IMG/VR virus record: IMGVR_UViG_3300033481_000007 | Span: 1 to 31,761 of that record | Length of the DNA: 31,761 bases | From: a virus | Lineage: Duplodnaviria; Caudoviricetes | Strand: one strand, 5' to 3' | Shown: piece by piece, positions 9,040-16,445 of the stretch | How positions within the stretch are numbered: the stretch's first letter is position 1 | How the letters are laid out: each line of letters starts with the position of its first letter | Made by a program: the position numbers and the translations under genes | The notes under the pieces: generated by a model | Told to the model about the DNA's origin: nothing | The model's database searches: none | What the model saw: the letters and a program-made list of their open reading frames with translations, nothing else

Positions 9040-10016
9040 GTGTTGATTCCGACTATGGCTCCGCGAAGATTGTCACCAAAGAACAGGCAAGGAGCCGGAT
9101 ACAGCGAGAAGTCCGCGACAGTGGCTACCCTTCTGAGAAGAGAAAGCTGGTCTACGTGAAAGCATCCCCCCGATGATACTCCCTCGACTGCGACGGACGC
9201 GCCCCTCGATGGGCTAGCATCTGTGGTCAGCAAGTTGTCGCGGAAGAATATCTGCCCGAGAGGATTGACGAAGGGCTCCAGGTCGTCGACAGCCGAGAAG
9301 AACGCATCGGGAAATGCTCGCGGATTCGATTCGCGGTCGAGAATAGGAGATACGTCAGGCCAACTAGTAGGGTGATTCTGCGCCCTGAGCCAGCGCTCCC
9401 CCTCGAAGTGGAAGGTCACAGAAGCCTCGCTGACCTGGAGTCGATAGGGGTCTTCTCCTATTCGCAGGAGCTCATTGACGGCGGCAGTCGATAGAACAAT
9501 CTCGGCTGGGAAGTTGTATCCGAGCCACTTCTCCACGAGGCACACATTGTTGGTGGCGTATGCGCTGGCCCCTCGGAACAAGATTCCTCTCGCCCAAGGG
9601 CGACTAGCGTCCTCTGCCATGAACGGAGCCAGGATCTGAATCGTTGACATCAGACCCGGCGATAGTGAGACATCCCGTCCCTCTGGGTAGACCTTAGGGA
9701 AGGAGTCGTCCTTCAGACACTCGACGAAGACGCTAAACGAGCCACTCCGAATTGAGAGAGATCCATCTTCCGCTAGACTCAGCTGCGGGACCTCGCTTTC
9801 TCCCTGACACCTCTCGTGGATAGCCTCGATGGCCTTTCCGAACATGTCAGCCTTCGGACGAGCGGAGATGTCCAACGCAATTGGAGAGCTAAGTGCTATC
9901 CCTCCGTTAAAGCTCCGAACCCGGCCCCCGTCAATGCAGTAGTGGTTGAGAGCAGGATTGAAGTCCTTCTTGGCAACGGCTCCCTTGACGAAATGGAGCG
10001 AATCCAGCAGGGTCAT
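9036..10016 (-). CDS. DNA polymerase III beta-clamp (DnaN)-like sliding clamp
   Basis: 326 aa; LSIRSG...FP, A.DASRPWARGILF, ATNN..L, WPDVSPIL and FH...L correspond to the DnaN segments ..DETRP.L.G, ATDGHRL and YPDY..VIP; coupled to polA; SD GGAGG. Confidence 0.75.
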   Translation of the reverse strand: MTLLDSLHFVKGAVAKKDFNPALNHYCIDGGRVRSFNGGIALSSPIALDISARPKADMFGKAIEAIHERCQGESEVPQLSLAEDGSLSIRSGSFSVFVECLKDDSFPKVYPEGRDVSLSPGLMSTIQILAPFMAEDASRPWARGILFRGASAYATNNVCLVEKWLGYNFPAEIVLSTAAVNELLRIGEDPYRLQVSEASVTFHFEGERWLRAQNHPTSWPDVSPILDRESNPRAFPDAFFSAVDDLEPFVNPLGQIFFRDNLLTTDASPSRGASVAVEGVSSGGCFHVDQLSLLRRVATVADFSLYPAPCLFFGDNLRGAIVGINT

Positions 10017-10025
10017 GACGACCTC

Positions 10026-10931
10026 CTAAAACAGGGACATTTGGACGTTAGTGAAGACCGGAGGCTTACTGTTGATAACTAGGTCATTGAGAGCTACGAA
10101 GGCGCCGCAGTTGTAGGCCCATCGCGCCAGATAGAAGTCCTGGAGACGCTTTGGGTCGAATCCGAGAGCAACCAGATCCGCAATCAAGGCATCTCGTTGC
10201 CCGGGCAGAAGAGTGTCTATGTGCTGCCCGTCGATGCGACGAGCAGGACTGGTACTGGAGACGTACAGACGGAATGGGTCTCCGAATCGAGGGGTCACTA
10301 TGGCACCGAATGCCGATGCCTGGACCCAGGTCGAGGAGTCTACGGAGTACCACGGGTAGCGCTTTATTGGTTCAATCTTCGTCAAGCCGAAGCCATGGAC
10401 CTTCAGTCGCGGGCGCCCTGATCCGTCTATCAGGTATCGCTCCCATAGTCGGTCAAGCCACAGGACCATGCCCCCCAAGGTGATGTAGGGGTATCGCGCT
10501 ATGTACCACTCTAGGTAGCGCTCGTCTTCGCCGTAGTGGAAGCAAGGAAGAGGACGGACCCCTAGCTGCTCCATGGCTTGCTGGTTCTGCCAGGTCTTCA
10601 GCGGGTCTCCGATTCCGTCGAGAACTGACGCTAATAGGATCCCATCATCAACCTCTATGATGTCATGGTTTCTCTTGATGAAGTCGCAGTATCCAGGGAG
10701 GTCTATCTCCACTCCGCTAGTGAAGGCTGAGAACGCCCCGGAGTCGAGGAACACACGCTCGCGGTCTTCCCGAATGTGGTCAACTAAACGCTGGTTCTGT
10801 ATGTAGTGATAGCTCTCGAGAATGTGCCGAACACTGTCGCGAGCTATCTTTTCTCGCTCGGTCAGTTGCGCGTATAGTTGGCCGCCCTTGTGAAAGCGCG
10901 AGGTGTACAGACCCGCCAGGTACAGCTTCAT
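10026..10931 (-). CDS. dpdA: DpdA, 7-deazaguanine DNA transglycosylase (TGT-like)
   Basis: [40 protein letters not shown] motifs; adjacent to folE/queD/queC/queE. Confidence 0.9.
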   Translation of the reverse strand: MKLYLAGLYTSRFHKGGQLYAQLTEREKIARDSVRHILESYHYIQNQRLVDHIREDRERVFLDSGAFSAFTSGVEIDLPGYCDFIKRNHDIIEVDDGILLASVLDGIGDPLKTWQNQQAMEQLGVRPLPCFHYGEDERYLEWYIARYPYITLGGMVLWLDRLWERYLIDGSGRPRLKVHGFGLTKIEPIKRYPWYSVDSSTWVQASAFGAIVTPRFGDPFRLYVSSTSPARRIDGQHIDTLLPGQRDALIADLVALGFDPKRLQDFYLARWAYNCGAFVALNDLVINSKPPVFTNVQMSLF

Positions 10932-11827
10932 AGCCCAGCTAGCCGAAGGAATTCCCCTCGAACCGTGGGGTCGACATGTCGCCCCCTGACTGCGCTGGTG
11001 CGGGTGGTCACCCCGGGCTTACATACTCCTCGCGACTCCATGCAAAAGTGGCGAGCTTCGATGACCACAGCGACGCCTCGCGCTCCCAGCAGCTCCTCCA
11101 GTGCCTCGGCAATCTGGACAGTCAGTCGCTCCTGAACCTGGAGCCTGTGCGCGAATACGTCTACGATCCGACAGACCTTACTGAGCCCGATAATCCTCCG
11201 GTCCGGGAGATACCCTACGGCCACGGTCCCGAAGAACGGGGCCAAGTGGTGCTCGCAGTGGGAGAAGAATGGAATCTCTGATAGGACGACCTGCTCGTCG
11301 ACGTTCTCCGCTCCGTCTCCGAAGGACTTGACGACGTCTCGCGGGCTCTTTCCGTAGCCGCTGGTCCATTCTTCCCATGCTCGGACTGCTCTCGCTGGAG
11401 TGTCACGGAGTCCCTCGCGCTCGGGATTCTCTCCGATGAATTGGAGGAGGCGAGTGAACACATCCACGGCGCTTCCTACTGGGTCAGATTCCCAAGGGAA
11501 TATGATCCATTGTCCGTGATAGGGAGAGGTCTTGTCGGACTTGTCTAGCAGAGGCTCGAACCTCTTTCCCGGGAACCGGTCGGCATAGCGACTGCGGGTA
11601 GCTCCGGAATCGACCAGGTCGTCCACAATGACGTCGGCTTGGTCGGGACTGTCGACCATGGTCATGTAGCCCTTCGCAAACTGGCATACTGCCATGGCGA
11701 CGGGAACTCCTCCTCTTGGGACCCCGTATACGTGGACAGGATTCCTGCGCTCTCCTCCCCCTATCGTTGCCGCCAATTTCTGGATCAAGGTGTCGAGCTC
11801 GTCGGCAAGGATCAACCTTTTGTTCAT
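10928..11827 (-). CDS. folE: Fusion: N-terminal type I phosphoribosyltransferase-like domain + GTP cyclohydrolase I
   Basis: Start ATG 11827 with AGGAGG SD and ATGA overlap with queD; [25 protein letters not shown] (Gpt-like); then [42 protein letters not shown] (FolE). Confidence 0.92.
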   Translation of the reverse strand: MNKRLILADELDTLIQKLAATIGGGERRNPVHVYGVPRGGVPVAMAVCQFAKGYMTMVDSPDQADVIVDDLVDSGATRSRYADRFPGKRFEPLLDKSDKTSPYHGQWIIFPWESDPVGSAVDVFTRLLQFIGENPEREGLRDTPARAVRAWEEWTSGYGKSPRDVVKSFGDGAENVDEQVVLSEIPFFSHCEHHLAPFFGTVAVGYLPDRRIIGLSKVCRIVDVFAHRLQVQERLTVQIAEALEELLGARGVAVVIEARHFCMESRGVCKPGVTTRTSAVRGRHVDPTVRGEFLRLAGL

Positions 11828-12246
11828 GGTGCCCTCCTGTAGGTCGCCGAACACTTGCGCGTCTCCTCTATTCGGACCTCGACCAGAACTATTGGAGTTC
11901 CGGCCAGTCGATTGGGGCCTACTCGCTCGACGAGAAACTCCGCCATGTTCTCCGCCGTCGGATTGAAGGGAACCTTTACCACGAATGGATCGACCGCGCA
12001 CAAAGCGCTGGCCCGCACGTCGTTCTCCCACACCAGAAAGCGGTGGTCCCAGTAGTGCTCAATCCATTCGCAGAGCGCGGTCTTCAGGACCGAGAAGTCG
12101 ACGACTCTTCCCAGTGCATCGAGATTCGGTGCCTGACAGGTGAAGTGGATTCGATAATTGTGACCGTGGAGATGGCGACAGCCGCCTTCGTGCCCGGTGA
12201 CAGTATGACCACAACTGAAGTCGTGGTATCGAGTCACGGAGACCAT
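11824..12246 (-). CDS. queD: 6-carboxy-5,6,7,8-tetrahydropterin synthase
   Basis: FSCGH, C..LHGHNY, VVDF..LK, WDHRFL, NPTAEN, V...ET motifs. Confidence 0.93.
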   Translation of the reverse strand: MVSVTRYHDFSCGHTVTGHEGGCRHLHGHNYRIHFTCQAPNLDALGRVVDFSVLKTALCEWIEHYWDHRFLVWENDVRASALCAVDPFVVKVPFNPTAENMAEFLVERVGPNRLAGTPIVLVEVRIEETRKCSATYRRAP

Positions 12247-13028
12247 TAGCCGAGTCCCTTTTCGGTGACGAGCCTCTGGGAGAAGGAACGGACAAGGTCT
12301 GGGGAGTAGTTCCTAGTCGACGGGCGGTTCATCAAGCCTCGGGTGACGGCGCGAAGGATCAGCGGGTCAGGAACGTTTGCTTCCTCGAACCCCTTGGCTC
12401 GAAGGAGCGTGGCGTGGTCGTGCCCCGTCGGTGGGAACGCACCGTCGTATCCGGTATGAGACCACGCCAGAGCCCCATAGCAGCCGGGAAGGGTGAGGGC
12501 CAGCTCCACGGTCTGTTTCTTGGACCTGTCCATGAGCGGCGTAACGATCCGGAGGTGATTGGGCTCTTGCCCCCATGTTCCGAGATTGATGGCTTCTTCC
12601 AGTGAGGTGATGAAGGACTGACGGCAGTCCGGATACCCGCCGAAGTCCTCCTGGCTGACGCCGATCCATAGTTGCGTCGCCTTCAGAGCGACGGCGCGAT
12701 TGGCGGCAATGGTGAGAAATAGCTGATTCCGGAGAGGGACGAAGGTCTTCTCCACTCCTCCGGGAAGGGACCTGTGGTCTGAGTACTGCTCGAGTTTGTT
12801 GGTCGAGACGAGGGGCGACGTGCTGAGGAGGATCGGCCCCAGTTTGACGACTTCGTGAGAAGCAATCTTAGCAAGGGCCGCCACCTTGCGGGCGGCATCG
12901 ATCTCGCGACTGTGACGCTGCGCATAGTCGAAGGTCACAGCATGGACGGTGTGTCCGGCATGCTTGGCGTGATACAGACAGGTAGTAGAGTCTTGTCCAC
13001 CAGATAGGATCACGAGTACTGTTGCCAT
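12246..13028 (-). CDS. queC: 7-cyano-7-deazaguanine synthase (variant lacking C-terminal Zn-ligand cysteines)
   Basis: LSGGQDSTT PP-loop, FDYAQRH..E, TFVP.RN..FL, GYPDCR..F, TPL...K motifs. Confidence 0.93.
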   Translation of the reverse strand: MATVLVILSGGQDSTTCLYHAKHAGHTVHAVTFDYAQRHSREIDAARKVAALAKIASHEVVKLGPILLSTSPLVSTNKLEQYSDHRSLPGGVEKTFVPLRNQLFLTIAANRAVALKATQLWIGVSQEDFGGYPDCRQSFITSLEEAINLGTWGQEPNHLRIVTPLMDRSKKQTVELALTLPGCYGALAWSHTGYDGAFPPTGHDHATLLRAKGFEEANVPDPLILRAVTRGLMNRPSTRNYSPDLVRSFSQRLVTEKGLG

Positions 13029-13031
13029 TGT

Positions 13032-13688
13032 TCACTCCAATCCGAGTATCTTGTGCAGTTGCAGGCAGAGCCTGTATCCATGACGAAAACAAGAGGCTAG
13101 GGCCGCGGCTAGGTTCGATTGATTGCGGATGTGGTCCCCGGTGTCGACAGGCTGAAGGTACACTTCTGCCTTCCCGTTCTGAGGGCGAGCTGGAGTGCCT
13201 GGCATCCCTCCGAAGCACGTGGTCGGGAGACCATCGGGAGCCACTTCTCCTGCCGAGATCAGGTACTTGTAGGCGGTCACGTAGGGCTCCAGTTTTGGAT
13301 GAATCTTCGGCGCCTTGGGGGAGCACACTACGTGTAGGTTCGACATCCCAAAGTGGAGCGGGAGAAATAGGGTCCCGTTGGTCTCTATCTGGACGTCTAG
13401 TCCCTCTGCAAAGCAAAGGGAGTCGACCAGGTTCCCTAGCTCCGGCTGCTGAAATGGCTCTCCGCCAGTAAGAACAACCATGGAGTATCGACGGCGGCTT
13501 GTCCTGGCCGTAGGAATAACTGTTCTGACCAGGTCTCTTAGGGAGATTGGCTGGGCTCCGGACTTGAAGTCGGTATCGCACTGTGGGCAAGCAAGGTTGC
13601 ACGAACCGAATCGGATGAAGACCGCGGGACGCCCTACAAAGGGTCCCTCACCTTGAAGAGTATGAAATATGGACTTGACGAGGAACAT
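13032..13688 (-). CDS. queE: 7-carboxy-7-deazaguanine synthase (radical SAM)
   Basis: IF.TLQGEG...G.PAVFIRF..CNL.C..CDT, TGGEP, IETNGT, SPK, LQP, LQLHK. Confidence 0.95.
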   Translation of the reverse strand: MFLVKSIFHTLQGEGPFVGRPAVFIRFGSCNLACPQCDTDFKSGAQPISLRDLVRTVIPTARTSRRRYSMVVLTGGEPFQQPELGNLVDSLCFAEGLDVQIETNGTLFLPLHFGMSNLHVVCSPKAPKIHPKLEPYVTAYKYLISAGEVAPDGLPTTCFGGMPGTPARPQNGKAEVYLQPVDTGDHIRNQSNLAAALASCFRHGYRLCLQLHKILGLE

Positions 13689-13714
13689 TTCAGCTCCAAA
13701 GGGTCGAGAAGGTT

Positions 13715-13748
13715 AGGGGGTGGGGCCGACCCATTGGCCCCACCCCCT
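13715..13748. terminator. 13-bp GC-rich hairpin between the Pro-rich gene and queE
   Basis: AGGGGGTGGGGCC / GGCCCCACCCCCT with an 8-nt loop; weak U-tract on the minus strand. Confidence 0.55.
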
Positions 13749-13760
13749 CGTGCCGAGAAG

Positions 13761-14243
13761 CTACTCGTCGTCGGTGCCGCTCTCCTCCTCAACCTCGCCA
13801 TCCTCGTCGGTGGTCGGCGGGGCGGGGGGCGGCGGGGCGGGGGCCTGGGCGGGGGCCTGGGCGGGGCTCGTTGTCGCGGGGGCCGCCGCAGGGGCCGCCT
13901 TCGGTTCGCGGGTCAGACCGTAGTACCGACGCCACTTGCCGTACTGTGTGGCGACGGTGCTGGTGTTGATCCGCTGCTCGGTGGGGAGCTGCTCACCGGA
14001 GCAGGCCGCCATGACCTCGCCACGGGTGGCGGGGCGTTTCATCTGGATCGAGATGGCGTCGGCGGAGGCCCAGACACGCCCCGTGGTCGTTCCGTCCTTG
14101 GGACGGGTTACCCCGTTCCTCGTGTTGGCCTTCGCTAGCGGCGGTGGCGGGGCAGGGGCAGGGGCAGGGGCAGGGGCAGGGGCAGGGGCAGGGGCCTCCG
14201 CGGCGGATGTGGTGGAGGTGGCGGCGGTCTTCTTCTTGCTCAT
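13761..14243 (-). CDS. Pro/Ala-rich protein with central helical (HTH-like) domain and acidic tail (160 aa)
   Basis: AAAGGAGA SD before ATG 14243 (frame stays open further upstream); core RPK.GT.TGRVW..AD...R.EV..AC...T..TQY.KW. Confidence 0.75.
   Translation of the reverse strand: MSKKKTAATSTTSAAEAPAPAPAPAPAPAPAPPPPLAKANTRNGVTRPKDGTTTGRVWASADAISIQMKRPATRGEVMAACSGEQLPTEQRINTSTVATQYGKWRRYYGLTREPKAAPAAAPATTSPAQAPAQAPAPPPPAPPTTDEDGEVEEESGTDDE
14149..14195 (+). repeat. Perfect tandem repeat (GGGGCA)x7 + GGGGC, encoding an (Ala-Pro)n linker on the minus strand
   Basis: Read directly from the sequence. Confidence 0.95.
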
Positions 14244-14404
14244 GGTGTCTCCTTTGGTAACGGTGTGAGGTCTACGATAAGCGAGAGGGTCTCCAATTGA
14301 ACCCCCGAAAGTGGATGGTAGTGGAACATCGTCGGGGGAACGACAGACGACATCAATAGATTGTGGAAGAAGCTCTCGGATCTCGGTCAACATGTTCTCG
14401 GGAA

Positions 14405-14641
14405 CTAGGACGCGCATGGGATCCCCCTTACTAGCGAGCGACATGCTTGGATGGCAGAGTTGTAGTCGTGCGGCCTCAATTCTAGCCCTGTAGTGTTCCA
14501 ATACAGCCGGCACAACTGCTCTAGCGTAAGAGCCGCATAGGTGCGGTTCGTATGAACAGAACCTCGGAGTGTATTGGGACCAGGACGCACAGTGAACACA
14601 AGGGCGACGCGGTCCAGATAGATTTTACCGACGCCCGGCAC
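14405..14641 (-). CDS. Hypothetical protein (78 aa)
   Basis: Fits the minus-strand gene chain; helical LTLEQLCRLYWNTTG segment. Confidence 0.5.
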   Translation of the reverse strand: MPGVGKIYLDRVALVFTVRPGPNTLRGSVHTNRTYAALTLEQLCRLYWNTTGLELRPHDYNSAIQACRSLVRGIPCAS

Positions 14642-14939
14642 TGGCCACCACCCTTGCTAGAGCCGCATCGGCTAGCCGGCGGTGTCGTTCGCAGAGGTCG
14701 TCTCCCTTACACGAGGGTGCCCCGCACTGGACACACGTATCAGAGCGAGGCGGAGCGTCTTTTCCGACGATTACGCGCCCTGATCTCAGTATCTTGACGT
14801 GGGAGTACCCCCTAGCACGGAGATACTGGCGATACCGCGCGTCTTCGTCGTCTCCGTCTTCTCCCTCGCGCCTAGGCAAGAATCCGAGCTCGACGCATCC
14901 GAAGTTGATGTCACTGGAGACCATGATGTAGGATGCCAC
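14625..14939 (-). CDS. Hypothetical protein with CxxC...CxxH zinc-finger-like C-terminus (~104 aa)
   Basis: GTG 14939 just after the upstream stop, GGAG SD; CVQCGAPSCKGDDLCERH. Confidence 0.55.
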   Translation of the reverse strand: MASYIMVSSDINFGCVELGFLPRREGEDGDDEDARYRQYLRARGYSHVKILRSGRVIVGKDAPPRSDTCVQCGAPSCKGDDLCERHRRLADAALARVVASAGRR

Positions 14940-14940
14940 G

Positions 14941-15168
14941 TTACTTCTCCGCGCATCCCCAGGGCCCGGGGCAAGGATCGGGCTCGGTAGACAGGCAGAA
15001 CCTGTCTCCATTGGCGCTCATGCCCCACTGGGCACAGTCCTCGACACATACCCGGTCCCCGGTCGGAAGCGACACTGTGGCGCAGGCATCGGGCCCCTCT
15101 GTGGTCATCGGGTAGGGATCGCAGGCGGCGAGGGCAAGAAGGGCGATGGCGAACATAGCGGTCTTCAT
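14941..15168 (-). CDS. Small Cys-rich lipoprotein (75 aa)
   Basis: MKTAMFAIALLALAA-C signal peptide II with LAAC lipobox; six further Cys; AAAGGA SD. Confidence 0.75.
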   Translation of the reverse strand: MKTAMFAIALLALAACDPYPMTTEGPDACATVSLPTGDRVCVEDCAQWGMSANGDRFCLSTEPDPCPGPWGCAEK

Positions 15169-15344
15169 CGGTCGTTCCTTTCGCAGAATTGACGGTGCAA
15201 CGCTTCCATGGCAGCAAGCCAGTGCGGGTCAGCATTAGACTCATCGATGCGACGAGGGGCGGGGGTTCGCGGGAGTGACGGATCCGGGATGCGTGGAAGA
15301 GGTTGAGTCCTCTTCATCTCAGAGGGATCTTTGTCGGTCTTCAT
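15165..15344 (-). CDS. Hypothetical protein (59 aa, not in the ORF track)
   Basis: MKTDKDPSEMKRTQPLPRIPDP...RQFCERNDR*; AAGGGAG SD; ATGA overlap with the lipoprotein start. Confidence 0.55.
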   Translation of the reverse strand: MKTDKDPSEMKRTQPLPRIPDPSLPRTPAPRRIDESNADPHWLAAMEALHRQFCERNDR

Positions 15345-15361
15345 AGTCTCTATTCTCCCTT

Positions 15362-15420
15362 GAAAGTGGCTCGATGTCTATCAAGAATCGAGCCACTTTC
15401 GAGGGGCCCCAGCGGGGCCC
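15362..15420. terminator. Tandem hairpins: 14-bp stem (15362-15400) and 7-bp GC stem (15404-15420)
   Basis: GAAAGTGGCTCGAT/ATCGAGCCACTTTC and GGGCCCC/GGGGCCC just downstream of the 171-aa gene. Confidence 0.55.
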
Positions 15421-15426
15421 GATGAG

Positions 15427-15942
15427 CTACTTCGTGGCGCCCTTCTGTGCAGTGAACCATCGCTGGTACTGGGTACGCGCGGTGTGCGTGGCGATCCCGG
15501 CGGCGATGCACGCATTGACGACGTCGCGACGGCGCACGTGGGGATTCATCATCCGCATCTGGTCAGCGATTTCCCAGACCAGCTTGGTAGGACTTTCGGC
15601 TGTCGACTTCTTGACCACATCCTTGACAGCTGGGGTCGAGGGGGAGGCAGCGACGGAAGAGGCGATGGCGGCTTGCGCGGCGAGCCCGTCGACCGCCGAT
15701 GCCATAACCTTCGTCATGTCAGCGTCCGGGGAGGGGAGGGTGAGCGCGGCCGGGACTACGGCGGGGAGAGGGTTCGCGCTGTCACGTCCCAGGGTCTTCT
15801 TGAGGTCAGCTTTGGTCGCCTGCGCGTCGCTCTTGGCGGCAAGCTTCTTGGCAAGCTTCTTGGCGCTCTCAGCAATGGTCTTGGAGCGGGCGGACTTCGT
15901 GGTCGCGGGCTTCTCGGTCTTGCTGCTGGTCTTCTTTGACAT
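15427..15942 (-). CDS. Lys/Ala-rich (histone H1-like N-terminus) protein with C-terminal helical domain paralogous to 13761-14243
   Basis: GAAGGAAG SD; MSKKTSSKTEK...; C-terminal LVWEIADQM...RRRDVVNACIAAGIATHTARTQYQRW. Confidence 0.8.
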   Translation of the reverse strand: MSKKTSSKTEKPATTKSARSKTIAESAKKLAKKLAAKSDAQATKADLKKTLGRDSANPLPAVVPAALTLPSPDADMTKVMASAVDGLAAQAAIASSVAASPSTPAVKDVVKKSTAESPTKLVWEIADQMRMMNPHVRRRDVVNACIAAGIATHTARTQYQRWFTAQKGATK

Positions 15943-15986
15943 GATGGGTCTTCCTTCGTTTGGGTTTCTTCCGGGGATGTTTGGGG

Positions 15987-16211
15987 CTACTGCAAGTCTC
16001 GGCCCAACTTGGCAAGCGGTCTAAGTCCGCGGAATCTCTATGACGCGGGATCGAGGGTGCGTCCGATAGGAGGCAAAAAGTGCGTCCGCTCCTTCGCACC
16101 TGCGTCCGCGAGGACCCAAAAGCGCGACTCAGCGGACGCACCCCCAGTGGCGCGTCATACTGATTTCGCGGACTTACGGTAGAACCAAAGTTGGGCCAGA
16201 GATTGCAGTAG
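15987..16211. promoter_or_regulatory. Symmetric divergent control region: 79-bp imperfect inverted arms, each ending in a sigma54-like -24/-12 element, with central TGCGTCCG boxes
   Basis: Arms 15987-16065 and 16133-16211 align without gaps; AAGTTGGGCC-N5-TTGCAGTAG on both; TGCGTCCG at 16058, 16081, 16101 and inverted at 16133. Confidence 0.7.
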
Positions 16212-16220
16212 TTTCCAGAC

Positions 16221-16445
16221 ATGATGACCGAACGAAAACTCAGCGAGCGCCGAGGTTCAATAACTCCTCGACAGAGGGAGTACCTTAGTGCACTGTATCG
16301 CGAGGCAGTAAAGAACCTCTTTACACTGAGGAGTAGAGAGCTAATTGGTCTGGACATGGCGCATCTGGACACGTCGTCCGCAGCTAGCGCTAGCTCTTAC
16401 ATTGGCATCCTAAAGGCTGCTAAGGAGCGAGGATGGACTCCATGA
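16221..16445 (+). CDS. Hypothetical protein (74 aa)
   Basis: ITPRQREYL..L...AS.YI..LK resembles small phage helical proteins; first gene right of the control region; no SD (possibly near-leaderless). Confidence 0.6.
   Translation: MMTERKLSERRGSITPRQREYLSALYREAVKNLFTLRSRELIGLDMAHLDTSSAASASSYIGILKAAKERGWTP

Noticed and set aside
10928-12031. 367-aa version of the FolE ORF
   Set aside because: The extra N-terminus overlaps queD out of frame; ATG 11827 has a strong SD and an ATGA overlap
14244-14513. 90-codon N-terminal extension of the Pro-rich protein
   Set aside because: Best SD is at 14243 and the paralogue also starts MSKK; an alternative start at 14417 cannot be excluded
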